A program made the position numbers and the translations under genes. Positions 63,577-64,000 of a stretch of 64,000 nt of DNA are shown piece by piece. Numbering within the stretch: the stretch's first letter is position 1; every line of letters starts with the position of its first letter. Origin of the DNA: Podarcis liolepis (Eukaryota); the NCBI GenBank assembly GCA_965112155.1, contig OZ218099.1, one strand, 5' to 3'. The notes under the pieces are model-generated. The model was not told where the DNA came from. It ran no database searches and saw only the letters and a list, made by a program, of their open reading frames with translations.

Positions 63577-63640
<64 letters not shown>
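63577..63640. repeat. (CT)n(CA)n compound microsatellite
   Basis: Directly visible. Confidence 0.96.
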
Positions 63641-64000
63641 TACTTTAGTCTTACTGGGTCATGGCTACAATTATTCATTTGTTTGTTTGTTGTTGTTGTT
63701 TAGTCATTTAGGGTTTTTTGGTATTAAAATAGCAAGTGCCAAAAAATGTGATTTGCATGTTTCCAATGGGAGGAACTTAAGTCCGACTCAAATCAATGGG
63801 GCAAGTTAGTCACAGCCAGTTTAAGGGAATGTCTTCTCCCAAGTGAATCTCCAGATCTGTCAATGAGACCTCATGCCTGAATGCCTGAAATTGTGCCTCT
63901 GAGTTGGCTTGTCCCTTTAATCCTTCAGAAAACTAGCATTTATTTATTTTTTGACTGGACTGAAAAATTCTGATGGACCTTCAGATACTGCTATTGCTTT

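Overview
This is vertebrate nuclear DNA from a squamate, most likely a lacertid lizard (Podarcis/Lacerta-like). The assignment rests on Sauria-type SINEs with (ACCTTT)n tails, Squam3-like tRNA SINEs with (CTT)n tails and a BovB/RTE 3' fragment. I could not recognise any host protein-coding exon, RNA gene or CpG island, so the window looks like intergenic DNA or a large intron. The supplied ORFs are almost all spurious or derived from repeats. Recognisable content is mobile-element debris: Sauria and Squam3 SINEs; BovB, L1, L2 and CR1-type LINE fragments; a Penelope-like inverted remnant; hAT MITEs with exact 8-bp TSDs; Tc1/mariner-type MITEs with TA TSDs; three TG...CA solo-LTR-like elements; and microsatellites. 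The most interesting signal is in the LTR-like elements. Two of them (2022-2575 and 31552-32149), and more weakly a third (55560-56231), carry a decayed ORF that starts at the LTR edge. It encodes an acidic/Trp-rich N-terminus, a Ser/Pro linker and a conserved basic motif, PRTRR-x11-CRRNL[RQ]L, which suggests an LTR(U3)-encoded accessory protein. Also notable is a very young hAT MITE whose interior is a TTAGGG-containing 22-bp minisatellite. Family names come from my recall of consensus motifs, not from a database search.
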